Positions 1-8,166 of a DNA stretch of 13,232 nucleotides are shown here, one piece after another. Below the pieces are notes generated by a model. It was not told the origin of the DNA. It saw nothing but the letters and a program-made list of their open reading frames with translations, and did no database searches. Numbering within the stretch: the stretch's first letter is position 1; each line of letters opens with the position of its first letter. The translations under genes were made by a program, and so were the position numbers. Origin of the DNA: Salinivirgaceae bacterium (GTDB lineage: Bacteria > Bacteroidota > Bacteroidia > Bacteroidales > SZUA-534); the NCBI GenBank assembly GCA_024405635.1, contig JAKSOL010000035.1, positions 1 through 13,232 of the forward strand, given 5' to 3'.

Positions 1-50
1 TCCCTATTTTCTTTACTTTGAGCACTTTTTTTTATATCGAACTCACGTTA

Positions 51-2525
51 TTAGAATCGTATCTGCATCTTTGCCAAAATACCAAATGGCAACGCATCGG
101 GATGGTCTAAGTAGCTTAAGCGCCACACAGCATCAACTCGAAATACCTTAAAGATGTTTTCAATTCCAAAACCTGCCTCTGCATACGGTTTGTTGAGTAC
201 ATTTAGGTTTGTAGGAAAGAACAAGTCGTCGCTTGTGCGGTGAGTAAAATCGCCAAACAGAATTTTAGTTGTGGCTACCTCGCGCCATTTTAGTCGGCGC
301 ATAAGTGGTATGTGGTCAAAAAAGAATCCCTTAAAGTGATGCTCGGCCATAATGGTCAAATACTTATCGCTCACAAATTCGTAGTAGTTCATCAGGTTAA
401 AGGCATAATCGTCGTAGGCATAAGTTTGATTACCCTCGTGCAATTGTTGAAAAGGGAACGGAGCCTTACCCAACGTTATTCCCGCATCAACCACATATCT
501 GAAATCGCCCAAAGGATTTACGGGGAAAGTATGGTCAACGCTTGCGTGTATTTTACAATAACGGAACTCGCTACCTAACACATTGGGGACTCCAAAAGTG
601 GCGCCAAATGTCAACACTGGATATTTGGTGCCTAAACTGCGACGCTCAAATTTGCCCATAATAAATTTCTCGTTAAAGGCCAAACGCAAGTTAACCGACA
701 CCTCGCTAGTATTCAGTTTGTTAACACTTATTGTGTCGCCCGATTCGTCGGCTTTTAAGAATGGTACTGTTTCTGATGCATAAATACGTTTGTTGCGCAC
801 CTTAAGTTTTGTAGAAAAGCCAAGGAACCACTCGTGGTCGTAGTATCCGCCCATTTCGTTCACCTCAGTCAACTTATCGTTTTGCTTTCGGGCCAAAATT
901 GATGACAAAATATTGTCGGTAAGGAAAGCGTAATCGGTTAAACCAAGTTGCTCATTATCATGAAAATAGTACATGTTAGCACAACGGCGTGGCGACACAC
1001 TAAACATTTCGGTTGCGCCTAATCCGTATTTAAATTTTCTGTCGCGTGTACCGTATGCAACATGACCATACAGCATGTGGCGAGTACTAAACATGTTGCT
1101 TGTTCGAGCGCTCAACTTAAACCTACTTCCCTCAATAGGGTTAAAACTATATAATGTATAATATGGGCCTATTTCAATGTAATCTTTTACCCAATAACCA
1201 GTTACCAAAGTCTGAACAAAAGTTACAAAGTTGTTGAACAGCGGCACATTTTTCACCTCGTCAACCATTTGATAAATATTTTGTTCACGAACTGATAATT
1301 CCTCGTGCCGCATTGAATTCCACTCGTCGGCACTTTTTTCAAGCGCACTGTCAAGCATCACCGTTTCGGTTGGCATTCCAACTGTAAATGTTTTTTCGTC
1401 AAAGTTTGGATGCAAATCTATGTTGGTGTACGACGTTGTTTTTCGGCCAAAGAAACCATATTCCTTATCGGTTAGTGCAAAGTCCAAAAAAAGTTCCTGT
1501 TTCTTGGGAAACCACACCGAATCGTCAACAAAAGTAAACGACTGCTCGGCAACAAAATCACTCACAAAGTTTATGTTTACGCCGTCGGCTATGCGAATTT
1601 TATAACTCTCAATGGCAAATGTTGTGTCGTGAACCCAAAAATAGCCTGTAAAAGTAGGTTCTTGTTTGCGCTTTGGCTTAAACGAAATTTGATAGCACCA
1701 ATGGCCATCGCGATAAGCGCTATCGAGTAAATAGTATTTGTAGTACAACTGGCCAACATTAGCAATTGGGCTAACCATATCGTGTCCAAGAATTGGAACA
1801 AAATTGTCGTACAGATTAAAGTCAAGATACATTTTTCCAGTAAACTCCGACACCAAATCGTCTTCCATTCCCGAAATGCGATTAGCCTTTATCACCTCTT
1901 TTTCGTGCTTTGGACTTTTTTGGAAACTATAATCTGAAACTGTTTCGGTTATAAAAACCGGGAGGAATGTTTTACCTGTAATTGCCGAAGTATCAATGTA
2001 ATCGAATATAAACTGAAATTGTTTAAACATTTTTTTCTGCTTATAGTCTTCGGTCACATTGTTTATATCAACCTCCATTTTGTTATAAACCTCGTACTTG
2101 TATTTTTCTTGGCGAACGGGATTGTTGCGTTTACGGTTATCGTTAATTTTTCGCAGAATGCGGAAAGCTGGATTTTCGCCAGGACGTACCACAATCTCGT
2201 CAAGTTGAACATTTTCGGGTTGCAATTTCACCGTAACCTCCTGATACGAGCCATTTTGTACTGCTCGACTATAACGATTATATCCCAAGCACGACACTAA
2301 CAAACTATCGGCTTTGGTTCGGGTCTCAATAAAAAATTCGCCTTCAACTCCAGTAATTGTACCTATTGATGTGTTTTTTAGTACCACGTTAACAAACGGC
2401 AAAGCCTCGCCAGTTTCGGCATCAACCACAGTGCCGCGAATACGAGTAACCTGAGCCATTGCGCTATTACAAAGCACAATAGCCAAAAATGCCAATAGTA
2501 ATATTAGCCTTTTTGCTAAATTCAT
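51..2525 (-). CDS. DUF5686 / carboxypeptidase-like regulatory domain-containing outer membrane protein (Bacteroidota)
   Basis: 824-aa ORF; signal peptide ending AMA|Q; N-terminal IRGTVVDAETGEALPFVNV...GTITGVEGEF...VSCLGY is a typical CarbopepD_reg_2-like domain; YEVYNKMEVD, LPVFITET and PYAEAGFGIENIFKVFRVD motifs plus C-terminal Phe fit a DUF5686 beta-barrel family. Confidence 0.85.
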   Translation of the reverse strand: MNLAKRLILLLAFLAIVLCNSAMAQVTRIRGTVVDAETGEALPFVNVVLKNTSIGTITGVEGEFFIETRTKADSLLVSCLGYNRYSRAVQNGSYQEVTVKLQPENVQLDEIVVRPGENPAFRILRKINDNRKRNNPVRQEKYKYEVYNKMEVDINNVTEDYKQKKMFKQFQFIFDYIDTSAITGKTFLPVFITETVSDYSFQKSPKHEKEVIKANRISGMEDDLVSEFTGKMYLDFNLYDNFVPILGHDMVSPIANVGQLYYKYYLLDSAYRDGHWCYQISFKPKRKQEPTFTGYFWVHDTTFAIESYKIRIADGVNINFVSDFVAEQSFTFVDDSVWFPKKQELFLDFALTDKEYGFFGRKTTSYTNIDLHPNFDEKTFTVGMPTETVMLDSALEKSADEWNSMRHEELSVREQNIYQMVDEVKNVPLFNNFVTFVQTLVTGYWVKDYIEIGPYYTLYSFNPIEGSRFKLSARTSNMFSTRHMLYGHVAYGTRDRKFKYGLGATEMFSVSPRRCANMYYFHDNEQLGLTDYAFLTDNILSSILARKQNDKLTEVNEMGGYYDHEWFLGFSTKLKVRNKRIYASETVPFLKADESGDTISVNKLNTSEVSVNLRLAFNEKFIMGKFERRSLGTKYPVLTFGATFGVPNVLGSEFRYCKIHASVDHTFPVNPLGDFRYVVDAGITLGKAPFPFQQLHEGNQTYAYDDYAFNLMNYYEFVSDKYLTIMAEHHFKGFFFDHIPLMRRLKWREVATTKILFGDFTHRTSDDLFFPTNLNVLNKPYAEAGFGIENIFKVFRVDAVWRLSYLDHPDALPFGILAKMQIRF

Positions 2526-2528
2526 TTC

Positions 2529-3260
2529 TTACTTACGTAATACGAAATTTTTACCAAGATAAACACGACGCACCTCTGGGTCGTTGGCAAGTTCTTCGGC
2601 AGTTCCCGACATAAGAATTCGTCCGTCGTACAACAAATATGCTTTATCTGTAATTGCCAGAGTTTCAGCCACATTGTGATCGGTAATAATAATACCAATG
2701 CCCTTGTCTTTAAGTTTTCGAACTATTGACTGAATGTCTTCAACCGAAACAGGGTCAACACCAGCAAAAGGTTCGTCGAGCAAAATAAAGTGAGGATCGA
2801 TTGCCAAGCAACGGGCAATTTCAGTTCTACGGCGCTCGCCTCCCGATAGCTGAATACCAAGACTTTTGCGCACCTTGCCCAAACTAAACTCTTCAATCAG
2901 CGACTCAAGTTTCTCTTTTTGTTGAGCTTTTGTAAGGTCAGTCATCTCCAAAATAGACTTAATGTTATCCTCAACACTCAATTTACGAAAAACCGATGCC
3001 TCTTGCGCCAAATAACTAATTCCACGCTTTGCTCGCTGATAAATAGGCTCTTTGGTAATATCAACTCCATCAAGATATATTTTGCCGCTATTGGGTGTTA
3101 CCAACCCAACAATCATGTAAAATGAAGTTGTTTTGCCTGCACCATTTGGACCTAGCAAGCCAACAATAGTACCTTTTTCGCACTCAAAGGTCGAATCTTT
3201 CACCACAGTGCGACTGCCATATTGCTTAACCAAATGCTCGGTTACAAGTTTCATTGCCAT
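2529..3260 (-). CDS. lptB: LPS export ABC transporter ATP-binding protein LptB
   Basis: Walker [21 protein letters not shown], signature [13 protein letters not shown], Walker [18 protein letters not shown] and C-terminal VRRVYLG are all LptB-characteristic. Stop lies 3 nt before the start of the DUF5686 gene, suggesting an operon. Confidence 0.95.
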   Translation of the reverse strand: MAMKLVTEHLVKQYGSRTVVKDSTFECEKGTIVGLLGPNGAGKTTSFYMIVGLVTPNSGKIYLDGVDITKEPIYQRAKRGISYLAQEASVFRKLSVEDNIKSILEMTDLTKAQQKEKLESLIEEFSLGKVRKSLGIQLSGGERRRTEIARCLAIDPHFILLDEPFAGVDPVSVEDIQSIVRKLKDKGIGIIITDHNVAETLAITDKAYLLYDGRILMSGTAEELANDPEVRRVYLGKNFVLRK

Positions 3261-3296
3261 AGTCCAAGTAATGTATTATTGTTTTTGAAGCGGTCA

Positions 3297-3304
3297 CAAA
3301 AGTA
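3297..3304 (-). promoter_or_regulatory. Bacteroidota sigma-70 -7 element for lptB operon
   Basis: Minus strand reads TACTTTTG, an exact TAnnTTTG consensus, 36 nt upstream of the lptB start. Confidence 0.6.
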
Positions 3305-3458
3305 AGAAACTTTGGGTGTTTTACCCCACTGAAAACTTTTTTATGTCTTAAAGTTTTCAAAATGTCAAAATAACACCTTATTACATTTATTATCTACACT
3401 TTACAGGTATCATTTAGATACTCTACAAAAACCATATTCGTTATTTACGTTAAAAATT

Positions 3459-3466
3459 TACATTTG
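3459..3466 (+). promoter_or_regulatory. Bacteroidota sigma-70 -7 element for tRNA-Thr
   Basis: TACATTTG matches TAnnTTTG, 10 nt upstream of the tRNA 5' end. Confidence 0.65.
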
Positions 3467-3476
3467 CAGCCGCAAA

Positions 3477-3549
3477 GCCGATATAGCTCAGCCGGTAGAG
3501 CAGCGCATTCGTAATGCGGAGGTCGCGAGTTCGAGTCTCGCTATCGGCT
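3477..3549 (+). tRNA. tRNA-Thr(CGT)
   Basis: Acceptor stem GCCGATA/TATCGGC; D arm GCTC-AGCCGGTA-GAGC; anticodon arm CGCA-TTCGTAA-TGCG with CGT at 3510-3512; T arm GCGAG-TTCGAGT-CTCGC; CCA not encoded. Confidence 0.95.
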
Positions 3550-3554
3550 CTTTC

Positions 3555-3596
3555 AAAGCGTTTTCCCTTCGTTGGGCAAACGCTTTTTTGTTTTTC
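3555..3596 (+). terminator. Intrinsic terminator after tRNA-Thr
   Basis: AAAGCGTTT(T)CCC...GGG(C)AAACGCTTT hairpin followed by a T-rich tract. Confidence 0.75.
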
Positions 3597-3779
3597 ACTT
3601 TTTTTCAAAAAAAACATTTATAAAGTATTTTTTTGAATCTATTGTATTTCAACATTTTAAAACCATCAATACTCGTCGCAAGCTAGTAACAGCAACCATT
3701 TCCAATTGTTTTAGCACAATTTTTGCGCAATAGCAATACACATAACAAGTAGCAAATAAATAACTAAACATACATTATT

Positions 3780-5480
3780 ATGACCCATAAAAAATTAACC
3801 CCAGAAATCGGCATTGCTAGCAAATACGTGCTCACAGCAAAAGACGAAAATGGAGTTTTGTCGGCTATTGAATTTCAAAACACTAAGGACTTTAACTTTG
3901 CATACGACATTGTTGACGAATTGGGACGCACCAAGCCAAACAAATTGGCCATGCTACACATTGCAAAAGATGGGACCGAACGTCGCCTTTCGTTTGCCGA
4001 CATGATGGAAAACTCAAACCGTGTTGCCAATTTTCTTACCCAAATAGGCATAAAAAAAGGCGACCGTGTTATGCTTGTACTAAAACGCCACTATCAGTTT
4101 TGGTACACCATTTTGGCAATCCACAAAATAGGAGCAATAGTAATTCCTGCTACCAATTTGCTTGTAAAAGAAGATTTTGAATACCGATTTAAAGCAGGTA
4201 AAATTGATGCTGTTTTTTGCACAGCCGAAGACAAAGTTGCCGAAGAGATTGACAAAGCCACCGAAGAATATACCAACCTTAAAGCAAAGGTGCTTGTTGG
4301 CTCAAGAAAAATTAATGGTTGGCTCGACTTTGACCAAAGCATACAAAACCAATCAACCGAATTTGCGCGTCCTGAAGATGCTGCATGCGGCAACGATCCA
4401 ATGTTAATGTTCTTTACTTCGGGAACCACTTCGTATCCAAAAATTGTGTGCCACAGCCACACCTACCCTCTTGGTCATTACGTAACAGCACGTTTTTGGC
4501 AACAAGTTGATCCAGAAGGCATTCACTTTACCATTAGCGACACCGGTTGGGGAAAAGCTCTTTGGGGCAAACTATACGGACAATGGCTATGCGAGGCAGC
4601 TGTTTTCACTTTCGACTTTGAAAACTTCCACGCTAACCAAATAATGCAGATGATTCAAGATTACAAAATCACAACCTTCTGCGCTCCTCCTACCGTATAT
4701 CGAGTTTTGGTTCACATGGATTTGAGCAAATACGACCTTTCAGCTTTAAAACATGTTTCTACTGCAGGCGAGGCTCTAAACCCTGAAATATTCTACAAGT
4801 TCTTAAAGCAAACCGACATGAAGATTATGGAAGGATTTGGACAAACCGAAACTACCTTAACAATATGCAACCTTAACGGCATGGAACCACGCCCTGGTTC
4901 AATGGGCCGCCCTAGCCCACAATACAACGTTAAAGTTATGCGTCCCGATGAATCGTTTTGCGATGTTGACGAAACTGGCGAAATTGTGATTGAAATTGGC
5001 GAGCACGCACCCGAAGGCTTGTTTTTCAGCTATTTCCTTGACGATAAACGCACCGAAGATGTATGCTACAATGGTTATTATCACACTGGCGACACCGCTT
5101 ACATGGATGCCGAAGGTTACTTGTGGTACGTTGGACGCACCGACGATGTAATTAAATCAGGAGGTTACCGTGTAGGTCCTTTCGAAATTGAAAGCGAAAT
5201 AATGAAATTGCCATACGTGCTTGAGTGCGCAGTAACTTCGGTTCCCGATGCTATTCGTGGCCAAGCTATTAAGGCAAGCGTTGTTTTAACTCCAGGCACC
5301 GAGCCTTCCGATAAATTGAAAACTGAAATGATTAAGTTCTTCAAATCGACATTGGCCTCGTACAAACGCCCAAAAATTGTGGACTTTGTACCTGAATTGC
5401 CTAAAACAATCAGCGGTAAAATTCGCCGATCGGAAATTAAAGACAAAGACTGGGAAGAACAAAAGCACAAATTGAACTAA
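3780..5480 (+). CDS. AMP-forming acyl-CoA synthetase (acetate/short- or medium-chain acid--CoA ligase family)
   Basis: 566 aa; AMP-binding motif FFTSGTTSYPK, SDTGWGKA, GFGQTET, YHTGD, GRTDDVIKSGGYRVGPFEIE and catalytic Lys motif LPKTISGKIRR. Substrate cannot be determined from sequence. Confidence 0.9.
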   Translation: MTHKKLTPEIGIASKYVLTAKDENGVLSAIEFQNTKDFNFAYDIVDELGRTKPNKLAMLHIAKDGTERRLSFADMMENSNRVANFLTQIGIKKGDRVMLVLKRHYQFWYTILAIHKIGAIVIPATNLLVKEDFEYRFKAGKIDAVFCTAEDKVAEEIDKATEEYTNLKAKVLVGSRKINGWLDFDQSIQNQSTEFARPEDAACGNDPMLMFFTSGTTSYPKIVCHSHTYPLGHYVTARFWQQVDPEGIHFTISDTGWGKALWGKLYGQWLCEAAVFTFDFENFHANQIMQMIQDYKITTFCAPPTVYRVLVHMDLSKYDLSALKHVSTAGEALNPEIFYKFLKQTDMKIMEGFGQTETTLTICNLNGMEPRPGSMGRPSPQYNVKVMRPDESFCDVDETGEIVIEIGEHAPEGLFFSYFLDDKRTEDVCYNGYYHTGDTAYMDAEGYLWYVGRTDDVIKSGGYRVGPFEIESEIMKLPYVLECAVTSVPDAIRGQAIKASVVLTPGTEPSDKLKTEMIKFFKSTLASYKRPKIVDFVPELPKTISGKIRRSEIKDKDWEEQKHKLN

Positions 5481-5499
5481 TAAGTGTTTATATAAACCG

Positions 5500-5531
5500 A
5501 AAAGCCTCCAAGTAATTGGGGGCTTTTTTTT
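5500..5531. terminator. Bidirectional intrinsic terminator between acyl-CoA synthetase and the convergent cassette array
   Basis: AAAAGCCTCCAA-GTAA-TTGGGGGCTTTT hairpin with a T9 run on the plus strand and A4 on the other side; 20 nt after the synthetase stop. Confidence 0.85.
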
Positions 5532-6026
5532 GTTGACAAGATTACATCTTTAAGTACACGCTCGCCAACTTCGTCAAGTTCGCATTTCAAGCACCAATCG
5601 GTATAATCGGACATATTTACGCGCCGCCATAGATTGGAATTCTCATCATACTGGTAATACATCTCATCATAATCTTCGCTACTCCAAACTTTATCAGCAA
5701 CAAAATACCCCCATTAATCAATTTATAGTAGTATCTGTACGAACCTGGTGCATACTCGTACATACAAGATGCATCGTATTGCAATTCTTTCTTATTGTTT
5801 ACTAAATAGGTTAATTTATTACTTTGAACCTTATCCCAATTATTGCGGTTTTCCCAACATTTGTCTTCATAGATTTTTACTTCCCCCTCACTCTCATCCG
5901 CCAAGAACCCAAACAGCCCGCTGCCATGTTTCTCGTGCATCCAAGTCCACTGCCAGTGGTTGAGAGTGGTGCCACCGTTGTAATCCATCAGGTTGTCGGT
6001 GGTGCCTTCGGGGGCAAGGTAGTTGC
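5532..6026 (-). pseudogene. Degenerate third orphan CT cassette (metallopeptidase-module tail plus unique CT, frameshifted and truncated)
   Basis: Translates NYLAPEGTTDNLMDYNGGTTLNHWQW, matching the 8167..9924 and 10891..13179 proteins, then diverges. No HExxH and no genuine start. Apparent frameshift at the C5 run 5708-5712 joins ORF 5617..5988 to the frame of ORF 5477..5662, which runs into the terminator. No downstream partner gene. Confidence 0.7.
5947..6026. repeat. Copy C (80 bp) of the metallopeptidase-module direct repeat
   Basis: Aligns without gaps to 9673..9752 (5 mismatches by manual count) and 12034..12113 (9 mismatches). Confidence 0.93.
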
Positions 6027-6093
6027 CGCTTCGCTCTCGGTGCAGACGACGGAGTGGATTACATGGGAGAGGGTCGAGGAGATGGAAACTCTC

Positions 6094-6501
6094 TTATCTG
6101 CTGCCTTCAATTATCGCAAGCATCTCGGCTGGTGTAACAACGACAGGAGTTTTCGGAAAGTGTTTCTGATTGCCTGTTACCAGATATGCATCCTCTTTGC
6201 TTAGTGTAACCTCATAGAATATGCGGTCGTCCTCGTCTGGCATTATGGCATCGTATGGTATGCGTTCAGAGTCAATGCCATGCTCCTTTATTATGGAAAT
6301 CATAGCCTCGACAAGCTCTGGGGCAAACCGGAATTTGTCGCGCGAGAGGACCTCCTGGTACTCTGTTATTATATCGGAATGGTACAACGTAATAATCTTG
6401 CCTTCCAGAATACAAGATATAAGTTGCCTGATGATTGAAGTATCCGATTTGGACAGAAGTGCAGATACCAGAACGTTAGTATCTATTACGGCATGAATCA
6501 T
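6094..6501 (-). CDS. PIN-domain toxin of a type II toxin-antitoxin system (PIN_3-like family)
   Basis: 135 aa; AVIDTNVLVSALL, EYQEVLSRDKF, DEDDRIF and LVTGNQKHFP are conserved PIN acidic motifs; ATGA overlap with the upstream antitoxin. Confidence 0.9.
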   Translation of the reverse strand: MIHAVIDTNVLVSALLSKSDTSIIRQLISCILEGKIITLYHSDIITEYQEVLSRDKFRFAPELVEAMISIIKEHGIDSERIPYDAIMPDEDDRIFYEVTLSKEDAYLVTGNQKHFPKTPVVVTPAEMLAIIEGSR

Positions 6502-6794
6502 ACGGTCTTGTTTTTGCGTTCTGCCCTACATTCCGCAATTTCGGCATTGATTTCTTCAAGCGTCATTTCGGGTTCATTGAGGTGCGCTTGGCGATTCTCC
6601 TCCATAAGGCGATTGAAACGCTCTGTGGAAGTTTCCTTTACGCTTATCGTGAACGGGATACTGCGTGTTTCTGCTACCGCACGCATAAAGATGTTCATGG
6701 CGGTGTTAGCGCTCATTCCAAACTGTTTACAAAGACTGTCGAACGTTGCTTTCAGTTGTGCGTCTGTACGCACTGTCATTGTTGTTTGTGCCAT
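6498..6794 (-). CDS. RelB/DinJ-family antitoxin
   Basis: 98 aa; ribbon-helix-helix N-terminus TTMTVRTDAQLKATFDSLCKQFGMSANTAMNIF...IPF; C-terminal MTLEEINAEIAECR; 4-nt overlap with the PIN gene. Confidence 0.88.
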   Translation of the reverse strand: MAQTTMTVRTDAQLKATFDSLCKQFGMSANTAMNIFMRAVAETRSIPFTISVKETSTERFNRLMEENRQAHLNEPEMTLEEINAEIAECRAERKNKTV

Positions 6795-7036
6795 AAATGA
6801 ATGTATTATGAAGTCAGTATGCTTTCTTTTTGCATGCTAAGTTATATGTTATTTTTTAAACAACTTCAACTTCACTCGCTTTTTACCTCTGGTTTAACAC
6901 TTTTATGCCTTGAATCGCACGAAATGCCCAAGTGCACCTCGTCTTTTGAAAACATCAAACGATATTTGACAATGATTAATGATTAATACGTTTTACGTTC
7001 TATATTCTATCCAACTGCTACGCCACCACAACCGTA

Positions 7037-7061
7037 GTCACCCCGATGAAAATCGGGGTCC
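7037..7061 (+). repeat. REP-like palindrome GTCA-CCCCGAT-GAAA-ATCGGGG-TCC
   Basis: Perfect 8-bp stem ACCCCGAT/ATCGGGGT (7040-7059) with a GAAA tetraloop, starting with GTCA, no U-tract; single copy in the window. Confidence 0.5.
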
Positions 7062-7187
7062 CCACATCCAACGGCCAACCGCTAATGTTTAATGTGGCGC
7101 AATTTTTACTGGTTTATGGGTAGAGGTTGAAACTTTGCCTTTAGCCTCGACGTAGCGAAAGACAATAAAGAGAATGGAGGAAGATTA

Positions 7188-8150
7188 CTACTTAAGTCTA
7201 CTTTTATGTATAAATCCTCTCTTCTCATCATAAAATCTAACGACTTCAGCCCAATTCGTATCTTCTGTCCAATATACATAAACACCCTTGCCTTGAGGTA
7301 GAGTATATAATACCTCTGAACTTGCAGAAGGTTCCTTCCTGACATTAACAAAACCATCAGGGTCATTTACGACTTTCCTCTCTACCAATATTTTCTTCTT
7401 TACATCTACCAGTCTCATATATCCATCCGGCTCAAGTTTCAATACATATCTATTTGCCCAATTAGGATTAACATTCTCTTTCTCTTCCACGTCATCATCC
7501 TCGTCATCATCCTCGTCATCATACACAGAATTTTTGTAAGCCCACAAATCATACATATAAATAGTTTTGTCACGATCTATGAATGAACGTCTAGTATCTT
7601 GTGATAAATTAACTCCAGAAAGCATTTGCTGGGTTGACCTTTTGAATGTCAATAACTGAAAATAAGCAGCACCAGGCACATCGGGGTTATCAGGTCTATA
7701 AATAAATCTCAAGAGAATAGCGACAACATCATTTGGCAACTCTATCTTTGCTTCTGCATAAATAGATAACGACAATTGAGTTTCATCTCCAACATCTTCA
7801 AGATCTCGACAGGTCATCAAGAAATCAGAAGATATGAAAGATCCATCCTTCTTAAAGTGAGGAGGTGGTGTTTTCATATCATAAAGAGCATCAAATTGCT
7901 CATTCTTTATATGGTTGTATACATTCTTTGGCCCATTTTGAGGCTCCTCATACAAAATATTCCTTCGATATTCTTCTTCAGATATTGGTACCGGCAATTC
8001 ACCTTCTATGAATAGTCGATTTATGTCTCCCCACCCTATCGTAGCAATCTTAGCAAGAAATCTCTCAAACTCCTGCTGCATAGGAGTCTGTGAATTAACA
8101 CTTGTTTGCAACAATAGCACAACAATTATTGTCAATAACACTCGTTTCAT
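7188..8150 (-). CDS. Exported protein with C-terminal bacterial SH3 (SH3b) domain; putative immunity protein of the C39-like CT
   Basis: Start better placed at ATG 8150 (MKRVLLTIIVVLLLQTSVNS|Q, a signal peptide, 16 nt after the upstream stop) than at 8204. C-terminal VNDPDGFVNVRKEPSASSEV...NWAEV...RGFIHKSRLK (7191-7370) is SH3_3-like. Immunity role inferred from position only. Confidence 0.75.
   Translation of the reverse strand: MKRVLLTIIVVLLLQTSVNSQTPMQQEFERFLAKIATIGWGDINRLFIEGELPVPISEEEYRRNILYEEPQNGPKNVYNHIKNEQFDALYDMKTPPPHFKKDGSFISSDFLMTCRDLEDVGDETQLSLSIYAEAKIELPNDVVAILLRFIYRPDNPDVPGAAYFQLLTFKRSTQQMLSGVNLSQDTRRSFIDRDKTIYMYDLWAYKNSVYDDEDDDEDDDVEEKENVNPNWANRYVLKLEPDGYMRLVDVKKKILVERKVVNDPDGFVNVRKEPSASSEVLYTLPQGKGVYVYWTEDTNWAEVVRFYDEKRGFIHKSRLK
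7490..7522. repeat. 12-bp tandem repeat (CGTCATCATCCT x2.75) encoding acidic DDEDDDEDDD tract
   Basis: Units at 7490-7501, 7502-7513 and partial 7514-7522. Confidence 0.85.
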
Positions 8151-8166
8151 ACTTATTATTATTTGT

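Noticed and set aside
312-5470. Short alternative-frame and antisense ORFs within the DUF5686, lptB and acyl-CoA synthetase genes
   Set aside because: Fully overlapped by well-supported long genes and lacking recognisable motifs.
5824-6204. Plus-strand ORFs 5824..6204, 9214..9744 and 11920..12234 sharing the peptide VVHQVVGG.FG
   Set aside because: They are antisense shadows of the repeated module; the similarity follows from the DNA repeat, and the minus-strand frames carry the recognisable motifs.
6801-7366. ORFs 6801..6986 (+) and 7106..7366 (-) as small genes
   Set aside because: No motifs; the first lies over the likely TA promoter region and the second is mostly an alternative frame of the SH3b domain.
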